A DNA stretch of 64,000 nucleotides from contig NC_045697.1 in NCBI RefSeq assembly GCF_009834535.1, positions 34,040,001 to 34,104,000 on the forward strand. Direction: 5' to 3'. A model generated the notes under the pieces. The model worked only from the letters and a program-made list of their open reading frames with translations, did no database searches and was not told the DNA's origin. Position numbers and translations under genes: made by a program. Source of the DNA: Camelus ferus (taxonomy: Eukaryota). Positions 26,601 to 38,960 of the stretch are shown one piece after another (position 1 is the first letter of the stretch; each line of letters begins with the position of its first letter).

Positions 26601-28384
26601 TTGTAAAGAGCTGAATAAAGTCAAAACCACACTGTTCTGGATCAAGGGCAAAACAGACCTGAGACCAGAGGTTAGAGAATTTAAGAATTGCCTCCTAAAG
26701 GAGATGGGACTTAAACTTGGATGGACAGAGAAGAAAAGTGAGGAAATTTTAGACTGGAAGAATCGCATGACTACATGGTGTGGAGGTTACAGATAGATGA
26801 GTTGGTTTGCCATCAAAATTTGTGACTTTAAAAAGCTGCAGCAATGACGCAAATCTGAACATAATTCTGCTTGATTTTTTAATGGAAATGCTGCCAGTAG
26901 AAAGTTCTTTAATTTAATATGACAGCACTGGTTTGATAGGATTTTGAGCCAGTGAATTCAGTAAGTGGGTTTGTTTTGATGACCTTTGCTAATTTGTTAA
27001 ATGCCATGAAAATCCCCTGCAGACTTTCTAACGGTTCTAAAGCTAAAAATAATGACCTCACTGACGATTCTGTCAGCTGCTCAGATTCAGAGAATGGCTG
27101 AGAATGACTGATGGACTCTGGTTCCAAAATGAGGCTCAGAAATGTGCAGCCTGACATCACATAATACCAGGAAGTGATGTCTGTCTTACCGGAGAGCAAA
27201 CACAGGGTCAGAGGGAGCCGTAAGGACTCTCTCTCTTCTAAATAAAAAGTGCCATTGCATTAATGCTTAACTGTAGGCTAATTCTGTACCAGGTATTGTG
27301 TTTCAAATGTATTACGTATTTCATATTATCCTCACAACGTCTCCAGGAAGAAAGAAGTATCACTAGCTTCTAGATGCAGTAACAAACACTCAGAAGCTTT
27401 AAATAACTGGCTTATTAACACCAAAGGTTTTGAGCCCAGGTCTTTCTGATTCAAAAGCTAGAGTTTTTAACCTCTGCGTAGTATAGATTCTCAGCCTCAT
27501 AGGGACTGTTTCTTTAGACTATGTTACTAAAGTACTTTATATGGCAGTGTAAAACACAATTTAAAAAAAAAAGCAGTTCCTACGTGAAGAATCAAGGAAT
27601 TTGAAGGTTAATTGAGGACCTGCAGAATCACTAACCCAATCCTCTAATTCTGGATACGAGATGCCAAAGGGTGCTATCAAATGGGAGCTGTCCAGAGTTC
27701 TGCAGCTGATTAACGGAGAATCAGGCCACCCAGTTCACAATGCCGGGATCCTGAACACTGCTCCCTGCTGTCTGCTCTGGGGCAGGTCAAAAGTAATTTG
27801 GAAAATGCGACAAAAGAACTGAGTCTGGCTATAAAAGGAAACCTGAACCTTCCACCATATTCAGTCAGGTGCCACCATGCTATTATATGGTTAGAATCCT
27901 AGGAGTTGGGTTTCAGCTTTTTTAATGAAAACACCCTGAGGACCTAGAGACTACTAAAGGATAATTGTTTATAATTTGAAGGAGAAAAGAAATCACATGC
28001 AGAAAGTCTTATGTAACCAGGTTAAAATCAAACTTACTGATCTGTTTCAGGCCAACACCTCTTTGAGTTCAGCAATGAACATGAGCTCAACTGCTAATTT
28101 TCACGGTTGGACTGAAGATTTCTTGAAATCTTAAGTGTCAATAGGGAATCTCCAGTCTATTACTGCCACTCAGCAGCCTCCTAAGTGTAACCCTTGATCT
28201 GTATGTTGTCTCTCAGTGCCTAGTGAAGCATTTCTCTATCTTATTAAAATGTAACCTGATCTTACCAAAATATGACCTCCTCCCTTCTCTGAACAATTGA
28301 ATACCTTCTCTTAAAAACATAATTTCTAGAAGTGGCATCAAATAATCAGAAATATTTGGTTAACTAGTTAATTATTTCAGTAAT

Positions 28385-29610
28385 CCATTCAGCAACACTC
28401 ATTGTAGCCTGGATGGTGCTTGGCACTGTGCTAGATGGCAGTGGTGAGCAAAAGTAGACAAGGTCCTTACTCTCCCTAACGGAGCTTCCAAGCAGGAAAG
28501 GTAAATAGGCATTTCTCAAAGACTTACACCAATAAAAGTAAATATTGCTATGAACTAGTGGTACTTTATGCTATTAGAGAGTAAATTAGGGGGATTGGAC
28601 TTATGGAGGTCAAGAGTTTCCTTGAGAATATGTCAATTGTTTATAGATCTAAAGGCTGTATAACAAGGAGTTAATGAGGCAAAGAGGAGAAAAAACAATA
28701 GTCCAGGCAGAGAGAACATCAAATTCAAGACCCTGTGACAGGAGGGATTCTAGCAAGCTCAGTGGACAGAAGTAAATCTAATGTGGTTGTAGCAGCAAGA
28801 GAAGAAGGACCGTGGTGTGAGTTGAAGCTGGAAATGCAGGTAGAGGGCTTACCCTGGAGGATCTTATAAGAGTTTTGATTTTCTGCTAGGAATGGTGGGT
28901 CACTGGAGGATTTTTGAGCTGGGGTAAGGAGGGTTGATCGGATAAGATTCATGTTTGAAAAAAATTACTCTAGCTACAGTATTGAGAACAGATTAGTGCA
29001 GGTGGAGAAAGAAAAACCATTTTGAAGACTATCAGAATAGACCAGGGAGAGAATGATGCTAGCTTGAATCAGAATGGAAATAGAAAGTAGATGGATGCAC
29101 AGGAGAACTAGAAGGAAAAACAGATGGGACTTAGTGAAGAAATCAATATGAATGAGAAAGATAGAGGAATTAAAAAATGACTCCCACTATTTCCAAAGAT
29201 TTTTTGCTTGAATTCATAAACGAATGAGGGTGACATTCACCCAAAATGGGAAGAATGGGAGTGTTCTAGATTCTGAGCTGGGAGCAAAGAAAAGATCACA
29301 AGTTTAATTTTTGATTTCTTCATGTATGATACAGGTCTGGAGCACAGAGAGAGGTCTACCCTGAATATATACATTTGTGAATCATCTAAATATTTTGATA
29401 ATTGTAAGTATAGGAGGATGTCCCTGAGGAGATGATACAGAGTAAGAAATAAAGAATTAAGAAGCCTGAGTTACTCCAATATTTAATCACTGGATAGAAT
29501 AAGATAAGAATGAAAAAAGAAATAAGGAAGGAACAGCCAGAGAAATAGGAAGAAAATCATGGAGTGTAGAGTTGCAGAAGCCAAAGAAAGGAAGGAAAGT
29601 AAACCTTAGG
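28385..29610 (-). mobile_element. LINE-2 3' portion
   Basis: ggcactgtgctagatg…agacaaggtcc; aggtagagggcttaccctggaggatcttataag; aaaattactctagctacagt; caggtctggagcacagagagaggtc. Confidence 0.8.
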
Positions 29611-29627
29611 GTCACAAAGCTCTAACC

Positions 29628-29638
<11 letters not shown>

Positions 29639-29692
<54 letters not shown>
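29639..29692. repeat. Compound (TA)n(CA)n microsatellite
   Basis: Seen directly. Confidence 0.95.
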
Positions 29693-29696
<4 letters not shown>

Positions 29697-30329
29697 TATA
29701 TGGTATTGTCTCATTAGTAACAATGCACAAACTTCTAGTCCAGTTCAAATTGTAAAAGAGCAAAGAACAAGGATTTTTAATTCCAGTTTGATACCAGCTC
29801 TCAGACTTTAGGCAGTTCAAGCAGTTTGTGATGTATCTGTCTCATCAAAATTTTGAAATATGTCAGAATATATTTACACAAATACACACATCTTATAGCC
29901 CTCCTACATGAGTGATCTTTGCTTCTATTAGTTGTTTATCAACTTGGAAAATGCTTTCTGACTTTGTGTTCGTGGAAATGCTAAGGATGGAATATAATCA
30001 TCTATATGTTGCAGAGTATAAGAAACTCTTTTGCAAGATGACCGTGATATGCTTTATTGGTCTCAACTAACTTACTATTTGAAAATACATATTTTATTTA
30101 TTACTTTGTATCAGTTCTTATTTTTTATTTAAAATATTTACTTCTTGGGCTTAAATTATAGATATTATATAAAGAGGTTTTAAGACATTAATTAATTAAT
30201 ATATATCTAAAGCTATTGAAGATTGGATTTCCAATATACATTTCAAGTAATTTAAATTTATGCATATAATTTTAATATATCAGGCCTTAATTTATTACAA
30301 AAATCACAAGCCCTATTGGCCCACTCTTC

Positions 30330-30525
30330 TATGGCATAGTGGAAAAGGTATGGTTTAGGAATCAAACATCTCTGGGTTTGATCCTAGATTTACTACCTGG
30401 GCAAGTTGTCATTACACCACCCTGTGTCTCATTTGCTCCATCTAGAAATACGGACAATGATAGTTACCTCGTGAGGTTGCTGTAAGGAAATGTCTACACA
30501 TATAAGTACTCAATAAATGTTAATG
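30330..30525 (+). mobile_element. MIR SINE
   Basis: tggcatagtggaaaag…ctgggtttgatcctag…cctgggcaagt…gtgtctcatttgctccatct…agtactcaataaatgtta. Confidence 0.8.
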
Positions 30526-33372
30526 CCTACTTGATATCACAATAATAATATGATGCCAGAATAGTTGCCTCTAGAAAGCAAAAATTGCCCCCTAAAATCA
30601 TAACAAATTATGACTGTATTGTAAGCCTCTGAGCTAAAATACATACCATCCAGAAAAAATAATCACATATTTTTCAATATATTCAGGGTGCTATGAACCC
30701 TGGCAACATGGCAGTAAATCAACCTTGGGTGTGTGGTCATCTCATATCTTGCTAATTAAAACATTTCATGATCCTCATCAGTGTGGAGAGTTAAATTCCA
30801 TAGGATTTGAGTGAAGAAAGTGATGGTTTCTGCTGCACTAGTTTTCAGAAGAAGATGACAAACTGAGAGGCTTTCACAGAGAATTCCTTCAATAATGATG
30901 TGTTGAGTGAATGAACAGAGTGACATGGAATTTCCCTATTTTAGGAAACATATAAAAATTAGAGACTATACTGATTTTTGCAAACTTCACAGCTCTGTGT
31001 AAAAAGCAGTGCTATGCTGGGCTCTGCCATCATTCATTTACTTAATAGGTAAGATGTCTAACTATGTTGCTATGATATTAGGTGCCATGATGATCAAAAA
31101 AAGAATCCTGTTTATAGGTCTCTGCTCTATAGACTTATAGTGCCAGATAGGAAAATCATGAACCAGATCATCACAAGATTATTTCCAAATCTAGCCAAAC
31201 AAAGTAGTCCTCCTCATCTATTCTTCGTCTAATCCTTCCATTCTAGGCCAAGGGTGTCTATTATGTTTCTCCAACAAAACGATATCCAAGCCAACCAAGT
31301 GAAAAGCCAAGACAAATTGTTGATTTTGTTTCTTTTAACTTCACCACATACATGTATCATCTTCTTTAGGATAGGATTTTCTTCTATATTCTGAGCTTAT
31401 AGGTAATTTCTAATCTTCCTATTGCTTAAATGATATATTGACACTCACATTTTTGGTTTGCATGTTTGAAATTGCTTATTGTGGACATTTTGTTTATTTC
31501 ATGGTAATAGGATTTAATGAGAAGAAACCAATGGAGGCTCAGAGATCTTTCCGGCATACTTCTTGATCCAGCTCCCTTCCAATGGTTTTTAATTAAGCAA
31601 AGACTACTAAAAATATAAAAATCTAATAATGAATTTCATCAAAGTTCCTCCCGCTTTGGTATTTCCTCTGACAGTAAGGTCAAGACACATTTCGGGAAGT
31701 TTCACGTTAAGTGATTCCTTTGATATTTCCATCACAAGTACATAACTTAATTATTGCTAACTTATTTTTAAGGTCAATCAAGACCAATCTTTAATTAATT
31801 TAAGTTAATGTGTTTGTGAGCCTTCTTGATATAAGTGCCTTGAATTTGTCTTCTAATATATAAAGAGATACTCCCTTTCTCATCTTGAGAGATGAACTGG
31901 TATATTATTTTTGCTTCCTTAAAGTAAAATGAGAATGGCAATATTTATCTTGAAATATCATTGAACCTGGTACATAGTAAGCATTTATTACCTATTTTTA
32001 TTTTTATCAGTAATACAGGTACATGGTTTAAAATGCAATAGTTTTCCAAGGCCTGTTATAAAAACAGTGGTCTCCTGTCCATCTCTACCCCCCATCTCCC
32101 TCCATTCTCATTAACCAGCAATTGTTGACAGCAACTCTTTTAGTTTTGTTGTTTACCTTCACGTTTCTAAATAATATCACTTGTGCCGTTAATTCTTGGT
32201 TTTCCACTTTAATACCTTGTACCTTTTTCACACACTCCCATATCCCCCCACCAACACACACACACACGTACACACACACTTCTTTCCTGTTCACCCCTCT
32301 AACATTGATGTCTAATGATCAACCAGTATCCACTAGTATTAAAATACTGAAATATTTCCTTTTAGGCTGGAAAACAGCTGTTGCTCTGAAGCTCCCAAGT
32401 GACCCATCTGTACCTTATTAGCCCAGCACCACCCCTAGAACCCCAGATATTTTCTTCCCACAATCCAACAATGAAGGGAGTATCACCTGGCATGGTAGGG
32501 TGCAGTCAGCTTTACCCAGTGTCCAGGATGCCTTGGTTTGTGGCCAAACCAATAATTGGCAAATATTTAATTTTTTTAATATAATCCCTGATTATATTAC
32601 AATTTTTGGTTATACTGTTATTCAATGTTCACATTACTATAACTCTGTGAACATTACTCACAACTAGGCTATTTGGTATACCATGACTAAATTTACTTTC
32701 CTATACAATTTTGTCTTTTTTTAATTATTCAGTCATCCACACAGTCTTTGTTTTGGGTGTACATCTCTTCTCAAACACACAGACAAGCTATCGAATTAAT
32801 CTTCCTAGGGATAACTCTCCAAGGACTCTGTGTCCCCTTGCTCCCACCTGAACTAGTTGTTCCCCAGGTCCCCTTGGGATCTCCTTTCCCATCAGTCTAG
32901 GGACTTTCTGTCTACCTTTTGTGTGGGAACCTCTGTTTTCTGAATTCCACATCATCTTCTTAATGTACATCCTGGTGGAGCCTTCCCCTGTAGCTTCTGT
33001 GAGTGGCTGAGAGAAGACAAACTTTCTGAGACCTTGCATATCTGTCAATGCCTTTATTCACTCCTGACAGCTGATTGAATTTTTATGTCTATAGACTCCT
33101 GTGTAAGAAATCAATTTCCTCTGTATTTTCTAAGGCAATATTTCAGTGTCTTCTAGCTTCTGATAATGCTACTGAGAAGGTCAGTGCTATTCTGATTCTT
33201 GAATCTTTATATATGGGTAGTTTTTTTTCTTTGCAGCATTTTAGGAATATTCTCTCTGCTTCCTAATAGTCTAAATTTCATCATGATGAGCCTTTTGGAT
33301 CATGTTAAGTATCAGACGGAACTTTCAAACTGGAGACAGATACCTAAAATGGCATATAGTTGGAATCATAAG

Positions 33373-33694
33373 TGTCTTAGTCCTTTGGGGTTACTTTAAC
33401 AAAATACCATAGACTGGGTGGCTTACACACAACAGAAATGTACTGCTCACAGTTCTGGAGGCGGGCAGCCCGAGATCATTATGCCAGCTTGGTGTCTAGT
33501 GAGGGCCTGCTTCCTGGTTCACAGGAGACGGTCTTCTCCCTGGCTCTTGCGTGGTGGAAGGGGCAAGGCAGCCCGCTAGAGTCCCTTCTGTAAAGTCACA
33601 CCTCCCAAAGGCTCGACCTCCTAATACCACCACATTGGGCATTAGGATTTTAACATGTGAATTTGTGGGGCACACAAACATTAGGCCTGTAGCA
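33373..33694 (-). mobile_element. MLT1A-like solo LTR nested in an old L1
   Basis: tgtcttagtcc…aacaaaataccatagactgggtggctta…cacaaacattaggcctgtagca. L1 sequence ggaatcata|…|tagcatgtagccttttcagactgg continues across it. Confidence 0.9.
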
Positions 33695-34330
33695 ATATAG
33701 CATGTAGCCTTTTCAGACTGGCTTCTTTCACTTAGCCAAATTGACTTGATAACATTTCTTTTTAGCATTGAATAACATTCCATTTATGGATATACCATAC
33801 TTTATGTGTTTCCCTACTGAAGGATATATTGCTTTCTTCCACATTTTGGCAATTATGAATAAAGCTACCATAAACATTCATGTGCAGGTTTTTGTGTGGT
33901 TGTAAGTTTTCAGCCCATTTTGGTAAATATCAAGGAGCACAACTGCTGGGTAGTATGATAGAAGTATGCTTAGTTTTGTAAGACAATGCCAAACTGTCTT
34001 CCAAAGTGGCTGTTCCATTTTACACACCCAGGAGCAATGAATCAGCGTTCCTTTGCTCCATATCCTTGCCAGCATTTGGAGTTGTCAGTGTTTGGGATTT
34101 TCACTATTTCAATACACATCTGTTTTAATTTGCTATTTCCTAATGACATATTATGTTGAGCATCTTTTCATATAGCAGTTTGCCATCTTTGTTTCTTCTT
34201 TGATGAAGTCTGCACAGATTTTTGCCCATGTTTTCATTGGGTTATTTATTTTCTTAGAGTTGAGTTTTAAGAGTTCTTTATGTATTTTGGATACCAATCT
34301 TTTATCAGAAATGTGTTTTGCACCACTTTA
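33695..34330 (-). mobile_element. Old LINE-1 (L1MB/L1MC-like) ORF2 end and 3'UTR
   Basis: Minus ORF 33878-34075 [21 protein letters not shown]…LSILLSYYPAVVLLDIY…HTKTCT. Confidence 0.85.
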
Positions 34331-35596
34331 TTTTTAAATTGTTTTAACAGTAATGCATTTACATTGTTAAAACATAAAAACAAAATTAAAAGTTAAATAT
34401 TGGGAAGTCTCACCACCTCCTCTCCTTCCAAATTCACACTTTTCCTTCATCATTTTTATTAGTTTCTGATTTATCCTTCTCAGATATCTTTATGTAAATA
34501 CAAGCAAATACAAATATATTTTCTCTTTTCCCATTTCATAACAAAAGCAATATTTCACATGTATCATTCTGCATCTTGCTTTTTCACTTGACGCTGTGTC
34601 TTGGGCATTTTTCCATATCCCATCATAGAGCGCATCCCATTTTTTATAGCTGCATCGTGTTCCATTGTGGGGGTATAACACGGTTCAGAAATTCCCTGTT
34701 GCTGGACCTTTTTCACCCTGACTTTTACAGGTACCTGGTGCTCTCAATTGCTGAGATTTTTTGAGACTCCATAATGAAATTGTGTGCTCCTTTCCCCCAT
34801 TGCCATCCCAGGTTCTAGTTTTCTTGTGTGGGCTAGGACACTTTCCATAGGTCCCTCTGCTTTTCAGTTTCCAGAAGCTCTTTTGCTCACCACTCAGTAG
34901 CATAGCAGTATCATCTTCAAACTGAAGGAATACTTCCTTGATTGTCTAGATGTCTGTGAAAAAGGTCACTGTCATCTTTGATATTTCTACTGTACTTTTC
35001 CAGACTTTGATTGTATCCTGTCAGAATGAAGAGACTCAGTTTTCACAAATGAAAGTAATCTTAGAAATAATTAGGTGGGGGATAAGATGTTCCCTTTTTC
35101 AGAGACTAAAACAGAGAAATAATGTGGTTTAAAAACTTGCTACAATCACTCAGAAAGGCAATAAATTTCTTTCTATAGCTTTTGCCTCCCTATCTGTGGC
35201 TATAACTATTATAGTACAATTTCTGTCCCTGGATTTCAACTTGGTAAGCCTGATTATTGTTCTCCTAATTTGGAGACACTGTTAGCACCATTAGTGCAGA
35301 TACAGCAAGGGCCCTGAGGGAGCAGTAATTCTTCTGCTGTACATTTCAATTGATATAGTCATTTGGTTCATCAACTGTATGAGTCACACAATGGACTTCC
35401 GGGAGGCTGCAGAGCTATGGTTGAGTTTGGGCCCTGCAATCAGATAGACCCCACAGCTATTCCACTTTCCAGTTATGTCACCGTCAGCAAGTTACTTAGC
35501 CCTTCTAAACCTATGTTTCCCCATCTATAAAATAATGAGCACGTCATAGATTTGTTAGATTAGTTGTGAAGACTAATTGCATATAAAGCAACTAGT

Positions 35597-36490
35597 ATGA
35601 AGCCAAGCAATTCTCCAACACCAGCAGGGTGTCCTACAACTCAATTCAGTTATAACAGTATTTCCCTCAGTATAGTGTCAGACCTCATAGTTGAAGTGCT
35701 CAGTCCTACAAGGCTGTCTCCCCTCCCCAACCCCTCTTCATGTACAAGTCAAAAGTCGATTATCACCAGTGCTTCTGGCTGGCTGGCTATAGATCAGAGG
35801 TTCCAATAATCCTCCCATCCTTGTGTTCAATTAATCTGTGAGAGTGGCTTGTAAGACTCAGAGAAACATTTGGCTTACTAGATAACTGGTTTGTTATAAA
35901 AGGATGTAACTCAGGAATAGCCAGATGGAAGAGCTGCATAGAACAAGGTATGGGGAAAGGATACTGAGCTGCCATGCTGTGTCTCATGCGCCACTCTCCT
36001 GAATCTCCATGTATTTACCAACCCAGAAGCTCTCTGAACCCAGTCCTTTTGGGTTTCTATGGAGGCTTTGTTACACAGACACGAGTGATTAAATCTTTGG
36101 CACTGGTGATTGATTCAACTTCCACCTCTCTTCTCCTTGGAGGTGGAAGGGTGGGACTGAAAGTTTCAACCCTCTAATCTCCTGGTTGACTCTATTGGCA
36201 ACCAGCCCCCTCCTCAAGTGCTTCCCTAAAGTCAGTTCATTAACAGAAACTCAGTTGTGGTGGAAAGGGACTTTTTATGAATAACAAGACACCCATTTCA
36301 TCTTTATGGCTTCAGGAACTGAGGATAAAAGTCTAAAAGATGCTCCCACAGCGCTTATCACTCAAGAAATTCCAAGGGTTTGGGGAGCTGTTAGCCAGAA
36401 TCCATGGACAAAGACAAAAAATATATATGAAATATGTATTTGGTCATCTGAATGACCAAATATATATTCTTTATGTATCACAAAATGCCA
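35597..36490 (-). mobile_element. MER21-like LTR
   Basis: aagcaattctccaacaccagcagggtgtcctacaactcaattc…ataaaaggatgtaactcaggaatagccagatggaagag…gaaattccaagggtttggggagct. Confidence 0.8.
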
Positions 36491-37739
36491 TTTGTCTTCC
36501 CAGCTGGTCTAAAACCTTCGTAAATAGAGATCCTGTCTGTGTTCCTCCTCTTTGTAAGATGCCAAGTACCTGGCTCATAGCAGAAATTGATAAATACTCA
36601 TTGAATGACTCAATAAAGGATTAAGCAAATAGATATGTCTTATTCACATTCATTGTCAGGATGCAAAAAAAATTTTTTTTCAAGAAAACTGGAGCACATG
36701 TATTTAGGAAAAATCAGTTTACTGTTATAGGAAGATCCTATATTCCTCCAAATTTGGTCTTCAAACAGTCTTTCAAGGAGCCAAGTTTTAAGCAAATATT
36801 TCTTCACTGACCATGACGTATCAGGTACTCCCTCAATCTTGTCTACTGTGCTCTCTCTCACTGAATTTACACTTAAGAAAAGGAAGAAACAGGAAAATAC
36901 TGTATTTAGTAGTTGGAAAGTATCGATCATAGGTAAAATGACCTTTGTGTCATGAGGGTGCTGGTTTGATCCGATAGAGGTGAATGGCTCATAAAATTAA
37001 TAAAAATGCCTTGGAAGACGTTGATCTAGTTTTATTTTTTTTTAACTTGTTCTTTTATCCAGAAAGTTTCCATAATGTCACCCAGAAAAAAAAGGGACCA
37101 TCAAAATAATTGACATTTGTTGTTGCTTTAGGGGTAAAATTTTGATAAAATTAAATTAAAAATATTGTTTCATCGGTCTTTTTGACGCCCCTGAAGGCTG
37201 AAAATCATTACAGCAGGTCTTGTTTTGCCCAGTCCTACACTACGTGACATGTATTATGTCTGATTCTTAAAAACATCCTTCAAGGCCAGCAATTTACTAT
37301 TCCTGTTTTACAAAGAGAGAAATGGAGACCCAAGGTTAAAAAAATAAAAAAGTGCCAGTGATCACTGTAATGATAAACAGAAAGGCAAAGTAGAAACCCA
37401 GTTCTTTCTGATTCCAAAATTCATGTTTCTCTCTGTAATGAGACGTGTTTCCCTAGCAATCATAATTAGATATCTTCACAAGCAATAAAATAATGTTAGA
37501 CCCCTCATGTCACATCTGTCATGCCAAACTCCCTAAGCCAAGTCAACACATACAACAAGGGTAAGAAGTTTAGAAGTACGAGTTTGGGAGTTATTATAGG
37601 CAGCAGTGATTAGAGAAGGAAACAGAGAGAGGATTAGAAAAGAATTGTTTAAAAAAAAAAGAAGAGTTTCTGTGACCAGTGATCAGCTGATTGTAATGTC
37701 CATTCATATAAGTGGTGAATATCAGTCAGTTTTTGAAAA

Positions 37740-38265
37740 CCCAGTATTACCGTCTTACGTAGCTGCCAGCCCCATGTATAAAGCAGAGCCTCTCATTGTC
37801 AAAACTGAAAATACCTGATATTCACTTTCCCAACATTCCTTGCATCCAGGCATGAGACAGACCTAGGTTCCACCATCCATTCTCTCGTACTCATTGCAAA
37901 CATCAAATCAAAAGTTAGTGATGTAAAGAAGGAAGGGGCAGAGAAAATCCATCATGACAAGAGTAGCCCCGTAACAGCAGCTGCTAGGGTGGTTCTGGTG
38001 GCCCCACGGGTCTCCAGCCTCAGTGCTGTTGATGGTAGGATGGTTTAGGGTTAGGGGTCAGGTTAGGGTTAGAGTCCACAGCAGAAGCAGAGGGGTCTCA
38101 TAGGATCAGTTCTATGGCATCCATTTCGGCAATGGTTTCTGGCTTTATGACCTCAGAGCCTGGTTCACTGACACTCTCAGGAAATTTGTGAGCTCACCTA
38201 TAAGTTTTAATAAATTCCCTTTTATTTGAACTTACTTCCTACCGCCTAAAACTAAGAATCCTGAA
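37740..38265 (+). mobile_element. LTR33/LTR16-like ERVL LTR (degenerate)
   Basis: tcactttcccaacattccttgcatccagggcatgagacagacctagg…ttttaataaattcccttttattt…aactaagaatcctga. Confidence 0.6.
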
Positions 38266-38281
38266 TGAAAATATATATGTT

Positions 38282-38515
38282 AATAATAACAATAATAATA
38301 CTAGCATATCTTGAGGGCTTATGACTTCATTCTACTAAATGCTTTAAAAATATTTTATTCCTTAGATTTTCACCACAACCCCAGTAGTTCCCATACTACA
38401 GATGAAGAAGGTAAGAGATTAAGTAGCTTGCTCAGAGATGTATTTTGCTAGAAAGTGGCAGAGCCAAGATTTGAACCCATCATTGTAAGTCCAAAACCTA
38501 TTCACTCAGCCACTA
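38282..38515 (-). mobile_element. MIR SINE
   Basis: cagatgaagaa…agtagcttgctcagag…ctagaaagtggcagagccaagatttgaaccca. Confidence 0.8.
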
Positions 38516-38579
38516 AACTTGAATGTATAATTTAGGAGTCATTTGTACTCAATATTCTTTTAGAATATAAACACCTCTA

Positions 38580-38775
38580 AGTAGTTGTTTCAGGGTTTTC
38601 CAGAGAAACAAAAGTAATTGGATGTGTGAACATGTATAGAAAGAGAGAAGAGTTGGCTGTTGAAATTGTGAGAGCTAGTAAGTTTGAAATCTGCAGGAGA
38701 GGCGAGCAAAGACCCAGGGAAGGATTAATGCTGCAGCTCAAGTCCAGAGGTGGCCTGGAGGCAGAACTCTCTCTG
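38580..38775 (-). mobile_element. MLT2 LTR fragment
   Basis: cagggttttccagagaaacaaaa…gaaatctgcagg…gacccagggaag…gcagctcaagtcc, homologous to the 13571 copy. Confidence 0.75.
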
Positions 38776-38960
38776 TCAGTGTCTGCACCCAGATTCCCTC
38801 GTATAAGGGCACCAGTCATATCGGATAAGGATCCACCCTAGTGGCTCCATTTTAACTTAGTTACCTCTGTAAAGACCCCCTATCTCCAAATATAGTCACA
38901 CTCTGAGGTCTTAGAACCACAACATATGAATTTTGGAGGAGACATATTTCAGGCCATAAC
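38776..38960 (-). mobile_element. MLT1B/C-like LTR fragment
   Basis: ataagggcaccagtcatatcggataagg…taaagaccccctatctccaaatatagtcacactctgagg…catatgaattttggagg. Confidence 0.8.
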
